Part shown: in pieces, positions 49,042 through 59,862 of the stretch
Layout: every line of letters begins with the position of its first letter
Numbering within the stretch: the stretch's first letter is position 1
Assembly: GCA_032161105.1 (NCBI GenBank)
Contig: JAVHTD010000013.1
Source: Candidatus Thermosaccharophagus tengchongensis
GTDB lineage: Bacteria; Armatimonadota; Fervidibacteria; Fervidibacterales; Thermosaccharophagaceae
Reading direction: 5' to 3' (one strand)
Length of the DNA stretch: 64,000 bases
Position numbers and translations under genes: made by a program
The notes under the pieces: model-generated
Told to the model about the DNA's origin: nothing
What the model saw: the letters and a program-made list of their open reading frames with translations, nothing else
Databases searched by the model: none

Positions 49042-50103
49042 ATGAAGGTGCAAAGCAAAGTGACTTTGGAGATGGTCATGGAAATGCTGCGCAAAGTGAC
49101 AGACCCAGAGTTAAGGCGCGACATAGTCACTGCCGGGATGGTCAAGGATGTGGAAGTTGAGGGCGGGAGGGTGAAGTTTACGCTTGAGCTAACAACCCCG
49201 GCATGCCCACTGCGCGATTACTTGGTAACGGCTGCAAAGCAAGCTGTTGAGAGCCTGCCCGGCGTTGAACAAGTTGAAGTCAATGTGACTGCAAGAGTCC
49301 CACAACAAGCCCGCAAGCGTGAACTTATACCGCTGGTCAAAAATGTGATCGCCATTGGGAGTGGCAAAGGGGGCGTCGGAAAAACTACAGTGACGGTGAA
49401 TGTGGCAGTCGCGCTCTCGCAAATGGGTGCGAATGTCGGATTGCTTGACGGCGACATCTACGGACCGAATGTGCCAAGGATGCTCGGAGTGCACGGACAA
49501 CCGAAGGTTGTTAGCGGGAAAATACTCCCGCTAACAGCATGGGGCGTGAAAGTGATATCCATTGGCTTCTTCGTTGAACAGGATGCGCCCGTCATTTGGC
49601 GTGGACCGATGCTGCATAAGGCTGTTGAGCAACTCCTGAGCGATGTCAACTGGGGCGAACTTGACTACTTATTTGTTGACCTTCCACCCGGAACTGGCGA
49701 TGTGCAAATAAGCCTATCACAGCTAATTGAGCTCGGTGGCGCCGTTGTGGTTACCACGCCACAAGATGTCGCTCTCTACGATGCGCTTAAAAGCGCGGCA
49801 ATGTTTGAGAAAACAAACACGCCAATCCTCGGCATCGTTGAAAACATGAGCTACTTCATTTGCCCACACTGCGGACAGCGCACCGACATTTTCCCGCGAG
49901 GCAGCATTGAGGAAGAATGCAAGAGGAGAAACATACGCTACCTTGGCGCAATACCAATCGCACCAGAAGTGTCACGCACAAGCGAATCCGGAAAGCCCAT
50001 CGTCATCGCTGAGCCACACTCACAAGCTGCAATTGCGCTATACGAAGTGGCAAGGCAAATAGCAGCCTCAATAAGCATTTCGGCGCTATCTAAGCCGTTA
50101 TAG
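49042..50103 (+). CDS. mrp: Mrp/NBP35 (ApbC) Fe-S cluster carrier ATPase
   Basis: DPEL..DIV, TTPACP, SGKGGVGKTT, WRGPM, DLPPGTGD and ENMSYFICPHC motifs. Confidence 0.95.
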   Translation: MKVQSKVTLEMVMEMLRKVTDPELRRDIVTAGMVKDVEVEGGRVKFTLELTTPACPLRDYLVTAAKQAVESLPGVEQVEVNVTARVPQQARKRELIPLVKNVIAIGSGKGGVGKTTVTVNVAVALSQMGANVGLLDGDIYGPNVPRMLGVHGQPKVVSGKILPLTAWGVKVISIGFFVEQDAPVIWRGPMLHKAVEQLLSDVNWGELDYLFVDLPPGTGDVQISLSQLIELGGAVVVTTPQDVALYDALKSAAMFEKTNTPILGIVENMSYFICPHCGQRTDIFPRGSIEEECKRRNIRYLGAIPIAPEVSRTSESGKPIVIAEPHSQAAIALYEVARQIAASISISALSKPL

Positions 50104-50203
50104 CCCTGATTATGCCAAAGGGCACACGGGGTGATTCACGAGAAAGCCGCTGTTTCGCCCACCTGAGGGCTATCCACAAAATCCAGAAGAATCCAAAATA
50201 ACC

Positions 50204-51568
50204 CTATAATTCCCACCCGACACGATACTCCCTGTGGAGGAGGGAGTTCGCCTCAACGCAATTGACGATTCTCCCAGAAATTGGGTCATATTCAATCGGA
50301 TGACCGACTTGCAAAGCGACATTGCCGAGCAAAATTGCCTCAGTCAATGGACACGAGTAGCCAAAATTTGCCATCGGCGTCCCTTCTCCCTTGCACGCGA
50401 GCACCCACTCTCGGTAATGCCCGACAGAACGCGGCATTTTTTGCGGTATCTCTTCAATCCCCTCAAATTCCTTTTGCGGGAGCAAGACGAAGCGCGAGTG
50501 AACTGTATCAGTTGTCAGGAGAGAGCCCCTTGACCCAACAAGCAAGCAACCCACATCAGTAACCTGATGACCCATAAGTAGGTCCTCTTTTGGCTTTTTC
50601 CCGCCATTATACCAAGTGAGCGACACCGGCGGCAATTCACCCCTCTTCGGGAATTCATAGTGCACCACAACCCATCTTGAATAAGTTTCCGGGTGAATTT
50701 CGGAGGCTTCTCCCCAAACTCGTATGGTAGCTCCTTTCGGTGCCCTATCTGGATCCCAAAGCTCATCCAGCTTTAGCGCCATGAATGCCAAATTAACAAT
50801 GTGGCAGCCAAAATCACCCAAAACTCCGGAACCAAATGCCCTCCAATTGCGCCAGCGCCCGCGAATGTAAATCGGATGAAATGGGCGATATTCAGCCGGT
50901 CCAAGCCACAAATCCCAATCAAGCCCATCCGGCACAGGGTGTTGACCTTCCGGTCTATCCATTGGACTATTCCCACCACTTATCCAGCAGTGAACCTCGC
51001 GAACTTCGCCAATAACACCATATTGCACCAACTCAACTGCCCTTCTAAATGCCTCACTTGCAGTGCCTTGATTGCCCATCTGGGTTGATACCTTCGCCTC
51101 TTTAGCCAATTCGCACAACTTGCGAGCCTCAAAAATCGTCCTTGTAAGTGGTTTTTCGCAATAAACATGCTTTTTGGCACGCAGGGCTGCTGCCACAGCA
51201 ACTGCATGTGTATGGTCTGGTGTCGCCACAACTACAGCGTCAATTTTGTCGCCAATTTCCCCCATCATTTTCCGAAAATCGCTATACTTTGCCGAATCCG
51301 GAAAGCGATTGAATGAATCCGCAGCATACTCCTCATCAACATCGCAAAGTCCAACAATATTCTCACCCATGCCAGAAAAGATGTTCACCAAATCTCGCCC
51401 CCTGCCACCCACCCCAACGAATGCTATGTTGAGCTTCTCGTTAGCTTGGTAGCTCCATACCGATTTTGAGTTTTTGAGGAACATAAATCCGGAGGCGCTG
51501 AGGGCAATTAACCTCGAAAATTTCCGCCTGTCCAATCGCTTATTGCCGCCACCGTTCACCCGGACCAC
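50204..51568 (-). CDS. Gfo/Idh/MocA oxidoreductase with Tat signal
   Basis: LDRRKF, GVGGRG, TPDHTH, YCEKP, QMGNQ, WDLWLGPA and DFGCH motifs. Confidence 0.92.
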   Translation of the reverse strand: MVRVNGGGNKRLDRRKFSRLIALSASGFMFLKNSKSVWSYQANEKLNIAFVGVGGRGRDLVNIFSGMGENIVGLCDVDEEYAADSFNRFPDSAKYSDFRKMMGEIGDKIDAVVVATPDHTHAVAVAAALRAKKHVYCEKPLTRTIFEARKLCELAKEAKVSTQMGNQGTASEAFRRAVELVQYGVIGEVREVHCWISGGNSPMDRPEGQHPVPDGLDWDLWLGPAEYRPFHPIYIRGRWRNWRAFGSGVLGDFGCHIVNLAFMALKLDELWDPDRAPKGATIRVWGEASEIHPETYSRWVVVHYEFPKRGELPPVSLTWYNGGKKPKEDLLMGHQVTDVGCLLVGSRGSLLTTDTVHSRFVLLPQKEFEGIEEIPQKMPRSVGHYREWVLACKGEGTPMANFGYSCPLTEAILLGNVALQVGHPIEYDPISGRIVNCVEANSLLHREYRVGWEL

Positions 51569-51575
51569 CCCTCTG

Positions 51576-53768
51576 TCAATTGCATCTTGACAGCGCTATA
51601 GTTCTCCGTGAACCCGCAAGGTTAAGCGCTTGGCTACTTTCGCCCTCAACTTCATAGACATGCCTTTCATAACCGGCAAAGTTGTCAATTAAAGCGCCAT
51701 TACGGATGGTTACTTTGCGATTTTCAAACAGCACTCTGGCTCTCAAATTCTGCCTCAGCCACGGCAAGTTGATTCTCACATCCCGCTGTGGTTCAGCACT
51801 TGAATTCACCGTGATAATGTAAAGTTTTCCGCCGTATTCCCTGATGGCGAAGTGTATATGCTCGCTATCCACTTTAGCCTCCCGTTTAGGCTGCGGTGAT
51901 AGGATGACTGGTGCCAGTTCCCTTAACTCAAGCGATAAGTTCACAAGTCTCTCCCAAATCTGGCGATTTCTTTGGGCGCCATCAAATGAGAAGTAAATGA
52001 TGCCATTGACACCTTGCGCTAATGATACATAAGTTGATGCGACCATTTGTTCGGGCGTCACTTTCCCGAATGCCTCTGTCACAAGCCAAATAGGTCGCTC
52101 ATCCTTAACTGCGCGCTTCAAAACGCCAATTGTGCGAATTAAATGGGCAATTGGTGATGGCTTATAGGTGGGGAAATCGTTGAAGGAATACTCATCGGTT
52201 GAGATGATGTCAACTGTATCCGAATACTGATAGATGTTGCTATCAGCCCAAGGCATTACAACTGCCCATGTTAGGTGATTTGGATCGGATTGACGCAAAA
52301 GCTTGCTTGCAATCCTGACCTCGGGTGGTGGGACAGTCCATCTTGCGTGGTCAGGTTCATCACAGACATACCAACCCAAAATTGCGGGATGTTCCTTCAA
52401 TTCCTCCACCGCTTTTGGAGCCTGCCATGGGAGGTGCGCCCTCATCAAGCCAGTGAGCCCAATTGAGACCATAATCCCATTTTCGTAGCATCTGTCAAGG
52501 AAGTCAAAACCGGAAAAGCCCCCAGCACCACCAACAATGTCGGTGACGATGAGGTTAAACCCTGTGCCTTTGAGCGCATCTGGGGTTGCACCGTAGATGC
52601 CAATCGGGAAGAATGGCTTACCATTGACGAAAACGGTTGTCCCCCTAATCTCCGCCTTGCTTGGCTTCATTTTGGCCCTTATTTCCGCTGCGCCTTCTTG
52701 GCGCTTTTCTTCCCCTTTCCGGACGAGAGAAACCGCATCAACAAACAAAGTCCCACCGCCAACGCTGTAGATGTAAAGTCGCACATCAACATCCCTTTGC
52801 ACCACCACTTCATACTCTCGCTTTTCCCACTCCCTTGGGACATCAAATCGCGGCGAACGCTGATTCTTCGTTATTTCTGGCGGAGTCTCCGCCTTTGTCC
52901 CCTCAAGTGCCCAAAACATCCGCACACCCTCGCCTTTCCCCTTGACATAGAAAGTGAGCTGGTAAGTTCCCGGGCTAAGATGAAACGGTTGATGAGTCCA
53001 GATGCCACCTCTGCCCACCCTTTGGCAGATTATCGCAGCAGATGCCATCCCAGAGCATGCATCTTCGCCGGTGCCATTTCCGAAGATGTATAGCCCACCA
53101 TCCCACTGTCCCCATGAACCCCAGTTTTGCAATCCCAGTTCAAAATCGCCGTTTACGATGATATTATTTGGCGGAACAAGCGGTGGCTTTGGCTCCCCTT
53201 TCGGCAACAGCCAACTGTCGTCATCTTCGCCCCTCGTCAAACGGATGTTGTCAATCACGAGTGCGCCACTCGGACGCTCGCAGAAAAATGCCAACCTATC
53301 AACCTGTGAAACATCAATTGCGCCGCTCATGCCCCAGATGGAAAATTCAACGACATTGAAGCCAGAATGGACGAAGTAATACCACGATGTGTATTGGTTA
53401 CCCTTTCGGTCATAAACACGCAAAGTGAGATTGATTGGCTCCCCTTCACGATGCACATCCAACTTAACCTTATCCCAGCCGCTAAAATTAAGGGGCTTTT
53501 CCCCGGATTTGATGATGAAGATAGGGGATGGCGCTGTCATGTCAACCCTGAGGGCATTTCTGCCATCTGTGGCATTCTGAGTCACAATTTGAAGGTTGGC
53601 AGCACCGCTGCACTGCCCTAACTCCGAAGCTGCCTCAAACGAAAAGAGCACTTTGCTTTCCTGAGCCGGTTTCGGACTTGCACGATTTGGGACGATAACA
53701 CAAACTAAACTAATTAGCCCCACTAAAGGGCACAATCCAACCATGGCAAGCCTCCCCATCGTTGTCAC
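51576..53768 (-). CDS. Secreted multidomain carbohydrate-active-like protein (CBM-like domains + TIM-barrel hydrolase-like domain)
   Basis: Signal peptide, IDNIRL, NIIVNGDFE (CBM4/9-like), VNGKPFFPIG, GWYVCDEP and DIISTDEY motifs. Confidence 0.65.
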   Translation of the reverse strand: MTTMGRLAMVGLCPLVGLISLVCVIVPNRASPKPAQESKVLFSFEAASELGQCSGAANLQIVTQNATDGRNALRVDMTAPSPIFIIKSGEKPLNFSGWDKVKLDVHREGEPINLTLRVYDRKGNQYTSWYYFVHSGFNVVEFSIWGMSGAIDVSQVDRLAFFCERPSGALVIDNIRLTRGEDDDSWLLPKGEPKPPLVPPNNIIVNGDFELGLQNWGSWGQWDGGLYIFGNGTGEDACSGMASAAIICQRVGRGGIWTHQPFHLSPGTYQLTFYVKGKGEGVRMFWALEGTKAETPPEITKNQRSPRFDVPREWEKREYEVVVQRDVDVRLYIYSVGGGTLFVDAVSLVRKGEEKRQEGAAEIRAKMKPSKAEIRGTTVFVNGKPFFPIGIYGATPDALKGTGFNLIVTDIVGGAGGFSGFDFLDRCYENGIMVSIGLTGLMRAHLPWQAPKAVEELKEHPAILGWYVCDEPDHARWTVPPPEVRIASKLLRQSDPNHLTWAVVMPWADSNIYQYSDTVDIISTDEYSFNDFPTYKPSPIAHLIRTIGVLKRAVKDERPIWLVTEAFGKVTPEQMVASTYVSLAQGVNGIIYFSFDGAQRNRQIWERLVNLSLELRELAPVILSPQPKREAKVDSEHIHFAIREYGGKLYIITVNSSAEPQRDVRINLPWLRQNLRARVLFENRKVTIRNGALIDNFAGYERHVYEVEGESSQALNLAGSRRTIALSRCN

Positions 53769-53774
53769 CCCCCA

Positions 53775-55172
53775 TTACGGCGAGTAGTAATTCCAGACCG
53801 CTTTCGTGCGCCGGTAATGCTGCTGCGTCCACAGCCTCGGACGGTCTGGGTTCGGATTTGGCGCTTCGTTCTGGTAAATGTGGAGTTCATTGCCAGAGAG
53901 CACGACCAGCTCCTCACGCCAATCACCGGAGACATCGGCAACATACAATCGGTCGGCTTTCTCCCTGAAGCGTGCGACAAACTTTCCCGTCAAAGGCTCA
54001 ATGACTGCGACATCGCCGGATTTGTGCCGCTCCTTTGCAGCGATGTGCTGGCGCCCTGTGCCATCCCAATGGATGGCAAAAATCACCTCAATGCCTTTCT
54101 CCGTCCAATCCGATGGCGCAACCTTGCTCAACTCATAGTCAGCGATAACCTTGCCAAAGGAATCAAAGACCCATGGCTTCTGATGGACATCGTATCGGCT
54201 GCGGCACCAGATTTCCAAGCCATAGCGGTCAGTATCAAATTCGCCGACGGCGGCATTTTGCGGCTCTTGGCGCTTATGGTCTGAGACCCAAATTAACCCT
54301 CCCATGCCAAACAGAAAAACTCGGTTTGCACCCTCCTCAAGAGCCACAACTTCTAAGCCATTAATGTCTGGTCGGACATCGGCAATGAAAACGCTGTCAA
54401 GGTGACCACGAACATCGGGCAGGCGAAAGATTTCCCTCCCATCATGGGCAAGGATGCAACCGCTGATGATTTCATCACGACCGTCGCCATTCAAATCGGC
54501 GACTCGCAACCCATTATGGGCACACGCGAGGAAGTCATCGCGCTGCCAAAGCGGCTTCATGTTGCCCTTCCGCAGCTCCTCAAGGGCAAATGCAGCCACA
54601 TAGCGCCCCATACGATAACCCTTTGCATTCGTCGCCTGCAAAACGATGTCTCTGTCGCCTTCGCCACGCAGGTTGACAACAGCGATGTGCTCCCACCTTT
54701 CAGCGCCTTCAGGGATTGGCGGTTTCGCATTCCATTTCGTTTTTCCTGTAGCGCCGTCAACGATATGAAGCGTGCTATCATTGGTCAAAAACAGGACTTC
54801 GGTTCGCCCATCTCCATCTATGTCTGCTGCCTGAACTCCAGCGCCGTGATGCCCAGGCAAACCTTCGCTCTCAGCGCTACCGCCCACCCTCAAATCAACT
54901 TTGAGCACCCAGAGCTTTCTTCCATCCCATCGGTAGGCAGCGACATGCCCGCGAACGGTAACGAGATAGTCCATCCGACCATCGTTATCCAAATCGGAGA
55001 CAATCATGCCCCCTGCGCTTTCCTCGTAGCTTTGAATTGGCGGTATGTCAAGCTTGATGACGAACGGGTTTTGCTGGTAGTGTGAGGTTTGCTGTTTCTG
55101 ACTTGCACTTGTGGCTGACAAGCCAAGCAAGAACAACAGAACAGCTGCCTCAGCTGCCCCTTTACCCATCAT
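53775..55172 (-). CDS. Secreted FG-GAP/beta-propeller protein, PL11 rhamnogalacturonan lyase-like
   Basis: DLDNDGRMD, DIDGDGRTE, HNGLRVADLNGDGRDEI and ADVSGDWREE motifs. Confidence 0.7.
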   Translation of the reverse strand: MMGKGAAEAAVLLFLLGLSATSASQKQQTSHYQQNPFVIKLDIPPIQSYEESAGGMIVSDLDNDGRMDYLVTVRGHVAAYRWDGRKLWVLKVDLRVGGSAESEGLPGHHGAGVQAADIDGDGRTEVLFLTNDSTLHIVDGATGKTKWNAKPPIPEGAERWEHIAVVNLRGEGDRDIVLQATNAKGYRMGRYVAAFALEELRKGNMKPLWQRDDFLACAHNGLRVADLNGDGRDEIISGCILAHDGREIFRLPDVRGHLDSVFIADVRPDINGLEVVALEEGANRVFLFGMGGLIWVSDHKRQEPQNAAVGEFDTDRYGLEIWCRSRYDVHQKPWVFDSFGKVIADYELSKVAPSDWTEKGIEVIFAIHWDGTGRQHIAAKERHKSGDVAVIEPLTGKFVARFREKADRLYVADVSGDWREELVVLSGNELHIYQNEAPNPNPDRPRLWTQQHYRRTKAVWNYYSP

Positions 55173-55210
55173 GTGTCACCTCAGCGCGATTGCATCCGTC
55201 GCTTAAGGCA

Positions 55211-56059
55211 TCAACCTTCAACCTCCTTCAATGCTTCCTCTAACACGCCCTCATCAATTTCAAACGAGTGCTCAGCTGTCGGAAATGAACCATCCTTGAC
55301 CTCGGAAATGTATCTTCTGACCGCTTCATCCATGAGCTCGTATGCATTCAGATAGCGCTTTGCGTGCCTTGGCGTCTTCGCCAGTAGCAACCCGACAAGG
55401 TCGTGGAAGACGAGTATTTGACCGTCACAGTCCTGACCCGAACCGATGCCGATCGTCGGTATTGACAGGCGCTCAGTTATGACCTTGCTCAACTTCGCAG
55501 GGACACATTCAAGCACTATGCCGAAACAACCTGCACGCTCAAGCTCAATTGCAGCGGAGATGAGCTCTGCCGCTTCCTTCGCCCTCCTCCCAAGAACCCT
55601 CGGACCGCCAAGCTGCAAAATCCATTGCGGTGTAAAGCCGATGTGCCCAAGCACTGGTATGCCAGCATCAACAATTGCTCGCACAATGTTGACGACGCTC
55701 CCAGCACCCTCAACTTTAACGGCTTCTGCACCGCACTCCTTAACAAACCTGCCAGCATTCTTGATTGCCTCCTCAACTGATGCCTGATACGACATGAATG
55801 GCATATCAGCAACGAGCAATGCCCTCTTCACGCCCCTCCTGACAGCTTTAACATGGTGCACCATTTCATCCATCGTCACAGGGAGCGTGTTCTCGTAACC
55901 CAACACGACATTACCGACCGAATCGCCAACGAGTATCATGTCAATCCCAGCGCCGTCAACGAGCATTGCTGTCGGATAGTCGTATGCGGTAATTGCCGTG
56001 ATCTTCTCGCCAGATGACTTGCGCTCAAGCAGCGTTTGTATGGTCACTTTGCGCTCCAT
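55211..56059 (-). CDS. panB: 3-methyl-2-oxobutanoate hydroxymethyltransferase
   Basis: TAYD, LVGDS, ADMPFMSY, VKVEG, GHIG, GIGSG and DGQILV motifs; ATG at 56059. Confidence 0.97.
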   Translation of the reverse strand: MERKVTIQTLLERKSSGEKITAITAYDYPTAMLVDGAGIDMILVGDSVGNVVLGYENTLPVTMDEMVHHVKAVRRGVKRALLVADMPFMSYQASVEEAIKNAGRFVKECGAEAVKVEGAGSVVNIVRAIVDAGIPVLGHIGFTPQWILQLGGPRVLGRRAKEAAELISAAIELERAGCFGIVLECVPAKLSKVITERLSIPTIGIGSGQDCDGQILVFHDLVGLLLAKTPRHAKRYLNAYELMDEAVRRYISEVKDGSFPTAEHSFEIDEGVLEEALKEVEG

Positions 56060-56141
56060 CACACCCCACCTCACCCAATTGCATTGTTTGGTTGTGTTGA
56101 GCCCTGCGCACTTCGGAGATTCAATGCGCCACAGCGCGGAT

Positions 56142-57275
56142 TCAATCCCACCACCGCAATTTCGTGAATGAGCCGAGCATCCAACCGACGATGAACGGCA
56201 GCAACACAAAACTGCCACCCCACATTACGATGACACCAACGCTCTCGGAAAGCAATGCAAAGAGGAAGGCGATGAGCCAACTTAACCCAAGCGCAATAAA
56301 CAGCGATGCCTCCCAGTCATCATTCCACCACGAGAGCAAAATTGCGACGATGATGGAGAGGTAAAAGTTCAACAGCGCGCTAAGCACTATTAGGACGCCA
56401 ACTGGTGCACCGCCCTTTGTGAGGAGCGTCGGCTCACCGCCATAGAACAAAACTCTGTCGGCTGACTTCAACCAACCGCCATAGTGAAGAAGCCAACCGC
56501 AGAGCAATCCGCAAAGCGCAGCAAGCCATACGAATGATTGCGGTATCGGAAAGAATTCAGAGAGGGCTTCCTTTGTGGACTTGTGAAATGCATAAAGGCA
56601 AAGCACAATCACAGCGACGGTGATGACGAGCATGGATGTCTTCACAAATGGCGATGGCTCGGCTTTGCCCTTTTCCCTTGGCGCACTTACAGCCCGCCCT
56701 GCGCGCTTGCTGAGGAGACGCTCAACTTGCATGCTATAGTAAGGGTTGCTCGGCGCAAGTTGTGCTGCGTATGAGAAATACTCGGCAGCTTTTTCAATGT
56801 TGCCCATGCGCTCAAATATTTCGGCGAGCAGTTCATACACCTGTGGGTTCTTCGGCTCAGCCGATATGACCTTGCGACATAGCTCAAGCGCCCTTTTGAT
56901 GTCGCCACGCAACATGTGCTGCTCTGCCTCAATGAGCAGCGATAGCGGCGTGCGCCTGCGCCTCTCCTCAAGCCACGAAAATGGCGCAGCTTCAACATCA
57001 GCACCCATTTCGCCTTGTGCCGAGCCAATTGGTATGCCGAGTTGGCGGCTGAGCCTCGCATCGTATGCGGCACGCTTAACTGGGTCAATAAGCGTCTGAT
57101 ATGCGTCAACGATTTGGACGAACTTCTCATGCGCTGCGAGCTTATCAACTGCAACATCGGGATGAAACTTGCGAACGAGTTCCCTGTAGCGTTTCTTTAT
57201 CGTCAGCGCATCGGCATCGTATGGGACGCCAAGCACCTCGTAGTAGTTGACGAGCTCATCGCCGTCCATCTGCAT
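56142..57275 (-). CDS. J-domain + TPR + multi-transmembrane protein
   Basis: NYYEVLGV, FHPD and KRAAYD; TPR segment; several C-terminal hydrophobic helices. Confidence 0.85.
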   Translation of the reverse strand: MQMDGDELVNYYEVLGVPYDADALTIKKRYRELVRKFHPDVAVDKLAAHEKFVQIVDAYQTLIDPVKRAAYDARLSRQLGIPIGSAQGEMGADVEAAPFSWLEERRRRTPLSLLIEAEQHMLRGDIKRALELCRKVISAEPKNPQVYELLAEIFERMGNIEKAAEYFSYAAQLAPSNPYYSMQVERLLSKRAGRAVSAPREKGKAEPSPFVKTSMLVITVAVIVLCLYAFHKSTKEALSEFFPIPQSFVWLAALCGLLCGWLLHYGGWLKSADRVLFYGGEPTLLTKGGAPVGVLIVLSALLNFYLSIIVAILLSWWNDDWEASLFIALGLSWLIAFLFALLSESVGVIVMWGGSFVLLPFIVGWMLGSFTKLRWWD

Positions 57276-57633
57276 GGACACCCTCAAGCACCGCCCAAAG
57301 GGAAACGAATCGGCTTCCCAATCATAGCTCGCATGCCTTCAAAAATCTGCCACTAACAAGTTTGACGCTGCCCCAATGCGAGACAACCCTTTTGCAGTGC
57401 TCCTTTCAAACAGCGCCAGCTAAGCATCCGAAATGAATTGGCGATGAGCCTAATGAAATGCAGCCGCCCAAAGGTGCGAGTTTAATTGCGCAGGCTGCCA
57501 TCAATCCGAAAAATGCCACCAGCTGCGCAAGCCAAATTGCGTCACCAACGCGTTAGCATTACCATGAGGGAATCATCGTCTTTGGGCAACTCAAAGCAAC
57601 TTAAACTGCGGTGCGAGTTAGGGGGTGAATAAG

Positions 57634-58908
57634 ATGCGTCTGGCGAAAGAAAGGCTCGGTGTCGGAATTGTCGGGAGCGGCTTCATGGCACGCTTCCATG
57701 TGCAAAGCTGGGTCAATGTGAGGGATGCCGACATCACCGCAATATGCAGCACGAATGAGAAAACGGCATCTGAGCTTGCGGCATTATGCAAGCAATTGGA
57801 TGTCGGGGAACCGAAGGTATACACCGACATAAGGGAGTTTGTGAGAGACCCGAATGTTGAAGCTGTTTGGGTGGCTGCACCAAACTATGCTCGCCTTGAG
57901 ATTGCGGAAGCCATAGCCGATGAAGTGAAAAGCGGCAAGGCGGAACTCAAGGGCATAGCTTGGGAGAAGCCGATGGCTCGCACGGTCGCAGAGGGGAAAC
58001 GCATACTTGAGGTGATTGAATCCGCCGGGCTCAATCACGGCTATTTGGAGAATCAACTTTACGCTCCATCGGTAGTCAGGGGCAAGGAGCTAATCTGGCG
58101 AAGGGGCGTCCCAATTGCAGGCACACCATACCTTGCAAGGTGCGCCGAGGAACACAGTGGTCCTCACCGCCCATGGTTCTGGATTGGTGAAAAGCAGGGT
58201 GGCGGAGTGCTAAATGACATGCTATGTCACAGCGTTGCTGCCGGTTGGTTCTTGCTCACGCCGCTTGATCAGCGTTTGGAGGCGCTTACACCAAAGACTG
58301 TGACCGCAACGATTGCCTGCCTCAAGTGGTCACGCCCGCAATACATTGAGAGGCTGAAGGCGATGACGGATGGCGAAGTTGACTACGCAAAGGCGCCAGC
58401 AGAGGATTACGCCACGGCTGAAGTTGTGTTTGAGACACCGGATGGCGAGCATGTCATTGTTCAAGCCACAACATCTTGGAGCTTCGTCGGAGCGGGTCTG
58501 CGCCTGACATTTGAAGTGCTCGGTCCTGAGTATTCACTCTTCATCAACTCGCTTGACACTGAGGGGCGGATATTCTTCAGCAGGGAAGTGAAAGGACCAG
58601 CTGGAGAAGATCTGGTTGAGAAGCAGAATGCGGAGCAGGGTCTGATGCCATTCCTCGCCGACGAAACATTCACCTACGGCTATATCTCCGAGAACAGGCA
58701 CATGGTCAAGTGCTTCCTTGAGGGCAAACGCCCGTTCAGCACGCTCCATGAGGGCTTGCGCATAACTGAGTTGCTAATGGCATGCTACATGGCTGCCGAG
58801 TTGAAACGCACATTGCCGTTCCCGCCGGATGGGCTTGATGAATTTGTGCCGCAAGTCGCAACCGGCACCTGGCGCCCGGAAAGCATCGCACAAGTCGCAG
58901 CAACATGA
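57634..58908 (+). CDS. Gfo/Idh/MocA oxidoreductase
   Basis: GIVGSGFMA, EKP, YLEN, GGGVLNDM and AEDY motifs. Confidence 0.9.
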   Translation: MRLAKERLGVGIVGSGFMARFHVQSWVNVRDADITAICSTNEKTASELAALCKQLDVGEPKVYTDIREFVRDPNVEAVWVAAPNYARLEIAEAIADEVKSGKAELKGIAWEKPMARTVAEGKRILEVIESAGLNHGYLENQLYAPSVVRGKELIWRRGVPIAGTPYLARCAEEHSGPHRPWFWIGEKQGGGVLNDMLCHSVAAGWFLLTPLDQRLEALTPKTVTATIACLKWSRPQYIERLKAMTDGEVDYAKAPAEDYATAEVVFETPDGEHVIVQATTSWSFVGAGLRLTFEVLGPEYSLFINSLDTEGRIFFSREVKGPAGEDLVEKQNAEQGLMPFLADETFTYGYISENRHMVKCFLEGKRPFSTLHEGLRITELLMACYMAAELKRTLPFPPDGLDEFVPQVATGTWRPESIAQVAAT

Positions 58909-59013
58909 TTTGCCCTGCGAGCTTTACGGCGGCAGAAAAACAACTGCCGCATCAGCACCGAATGGAGCTCAAGGAGTGCAGTATCATTCGCTGGTTGCGT
59001 TGTGGGATGTCCA

Positions 59014-59847
59014 CTACTCTGAAAGCATCTGGCGCAGCTTGTTAAGCGCTCTTCTCAGAAGCCTTGAGACATGCATTTGCGATATGCCGAGGCGCTTTGC
59101 AATCTCGGTTTGCGGCAGCCCTTCATAGAATGTCATCCCAATGATTTTCCGCTCGCGTTCATCAAGCCTCTCCATAGCCTGTTCTATAGCATGCCTTAAT
59201 ATCATCCTCTCAAACTCAATTTCGTCGTCGCTGCCAACCAGCTCTGAAGCTGGCTGCCCCTCATCCTCATCGTGTGTTGCCTTCGCATCATCATCAAGCG
59301 ATCCCAAGTCATAGTAGTGTGCGAGCTCAAGCGCTTCAAGCGCCACCTCCTCATCAACTCCGAGTGCTTGGGCGACCTCCCTCACCGTTGGTGAGCGATT
59401 GAGCTGCCTTGAAAGCTCTTCAATCGCTCTTCTCGCCTGTTGGTTGAGCTCTTGCAGTTTCCTCGGAACACGCACATCCCAACCTCTGTCTCGGAAGTAA
59501 CGCTTTATCTCGCCCAGTATCGTCGGAACTGCAAAGCTCGTGAACTTGTTCCCCCTGTCTGGGTCATACCTATCAACGGCTTTGATGAGCCCATACCATG
59601 CAACCTGAACCAAATCCTCGTATGGCTCACCCCTATCTCGGAAACGCCTCGCAATAGCATGAACTAAGTTTGAATGCCTCTCAATGATTTCCTCGCGGAT
59701 GGCCGGATCACGCGTCCTCCTATACTCCCTGAACAAATCCTCAACATCATGCCACACTGGAAGTCCATCAAAGCCCCCTTCCAAAACCCCATCATTGAGC
59801 CTTTCGTCATCTCGCTCCGCCTTCGTCCCCTTGCTCACCGTTCTCAC
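59014..59847 (-). CDS. SigB/SigF/SigG-family RNA polymerase sigma factor
   Basis: DLVQV, GLIKAVDRYD, FAVPTILGEIKRYFRD and GISQMHVSRL motifs. Confidence 0.93.
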   Translation of the reverse strand: MRTVSKGTKAERDDERLNDGVLEGGFDGLPVWHDVEDLFREYRRTRDPAIREEIIERHSNLVHAIARRFRDRGEPYEDLVQVAWYGLIKAVDRYDPDRGNKFTSFAVPTILGEIKRYFRDRGWDVRVPRKLQELNQQARRAIEELSRQLNRSPTVREVAQALGVDEEVALEALELAHYYDLGSLDDDAKATHDEDEGQPASELVGSDDEIEFERMILRHAIEQAMERLDERERKIIGMTFYEGLPQTEIAKRLGISQMHVSRLLRRALNKLRQMLSE

Positions 59848-59862
59848 CCCGACGGGACTTAG

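Noticed and set aside
57288..57624. ~340-nt divergent intergenic region as an ncRNA
   Set aside because: I found no recognisable RNA motif, strong stem or repeat.
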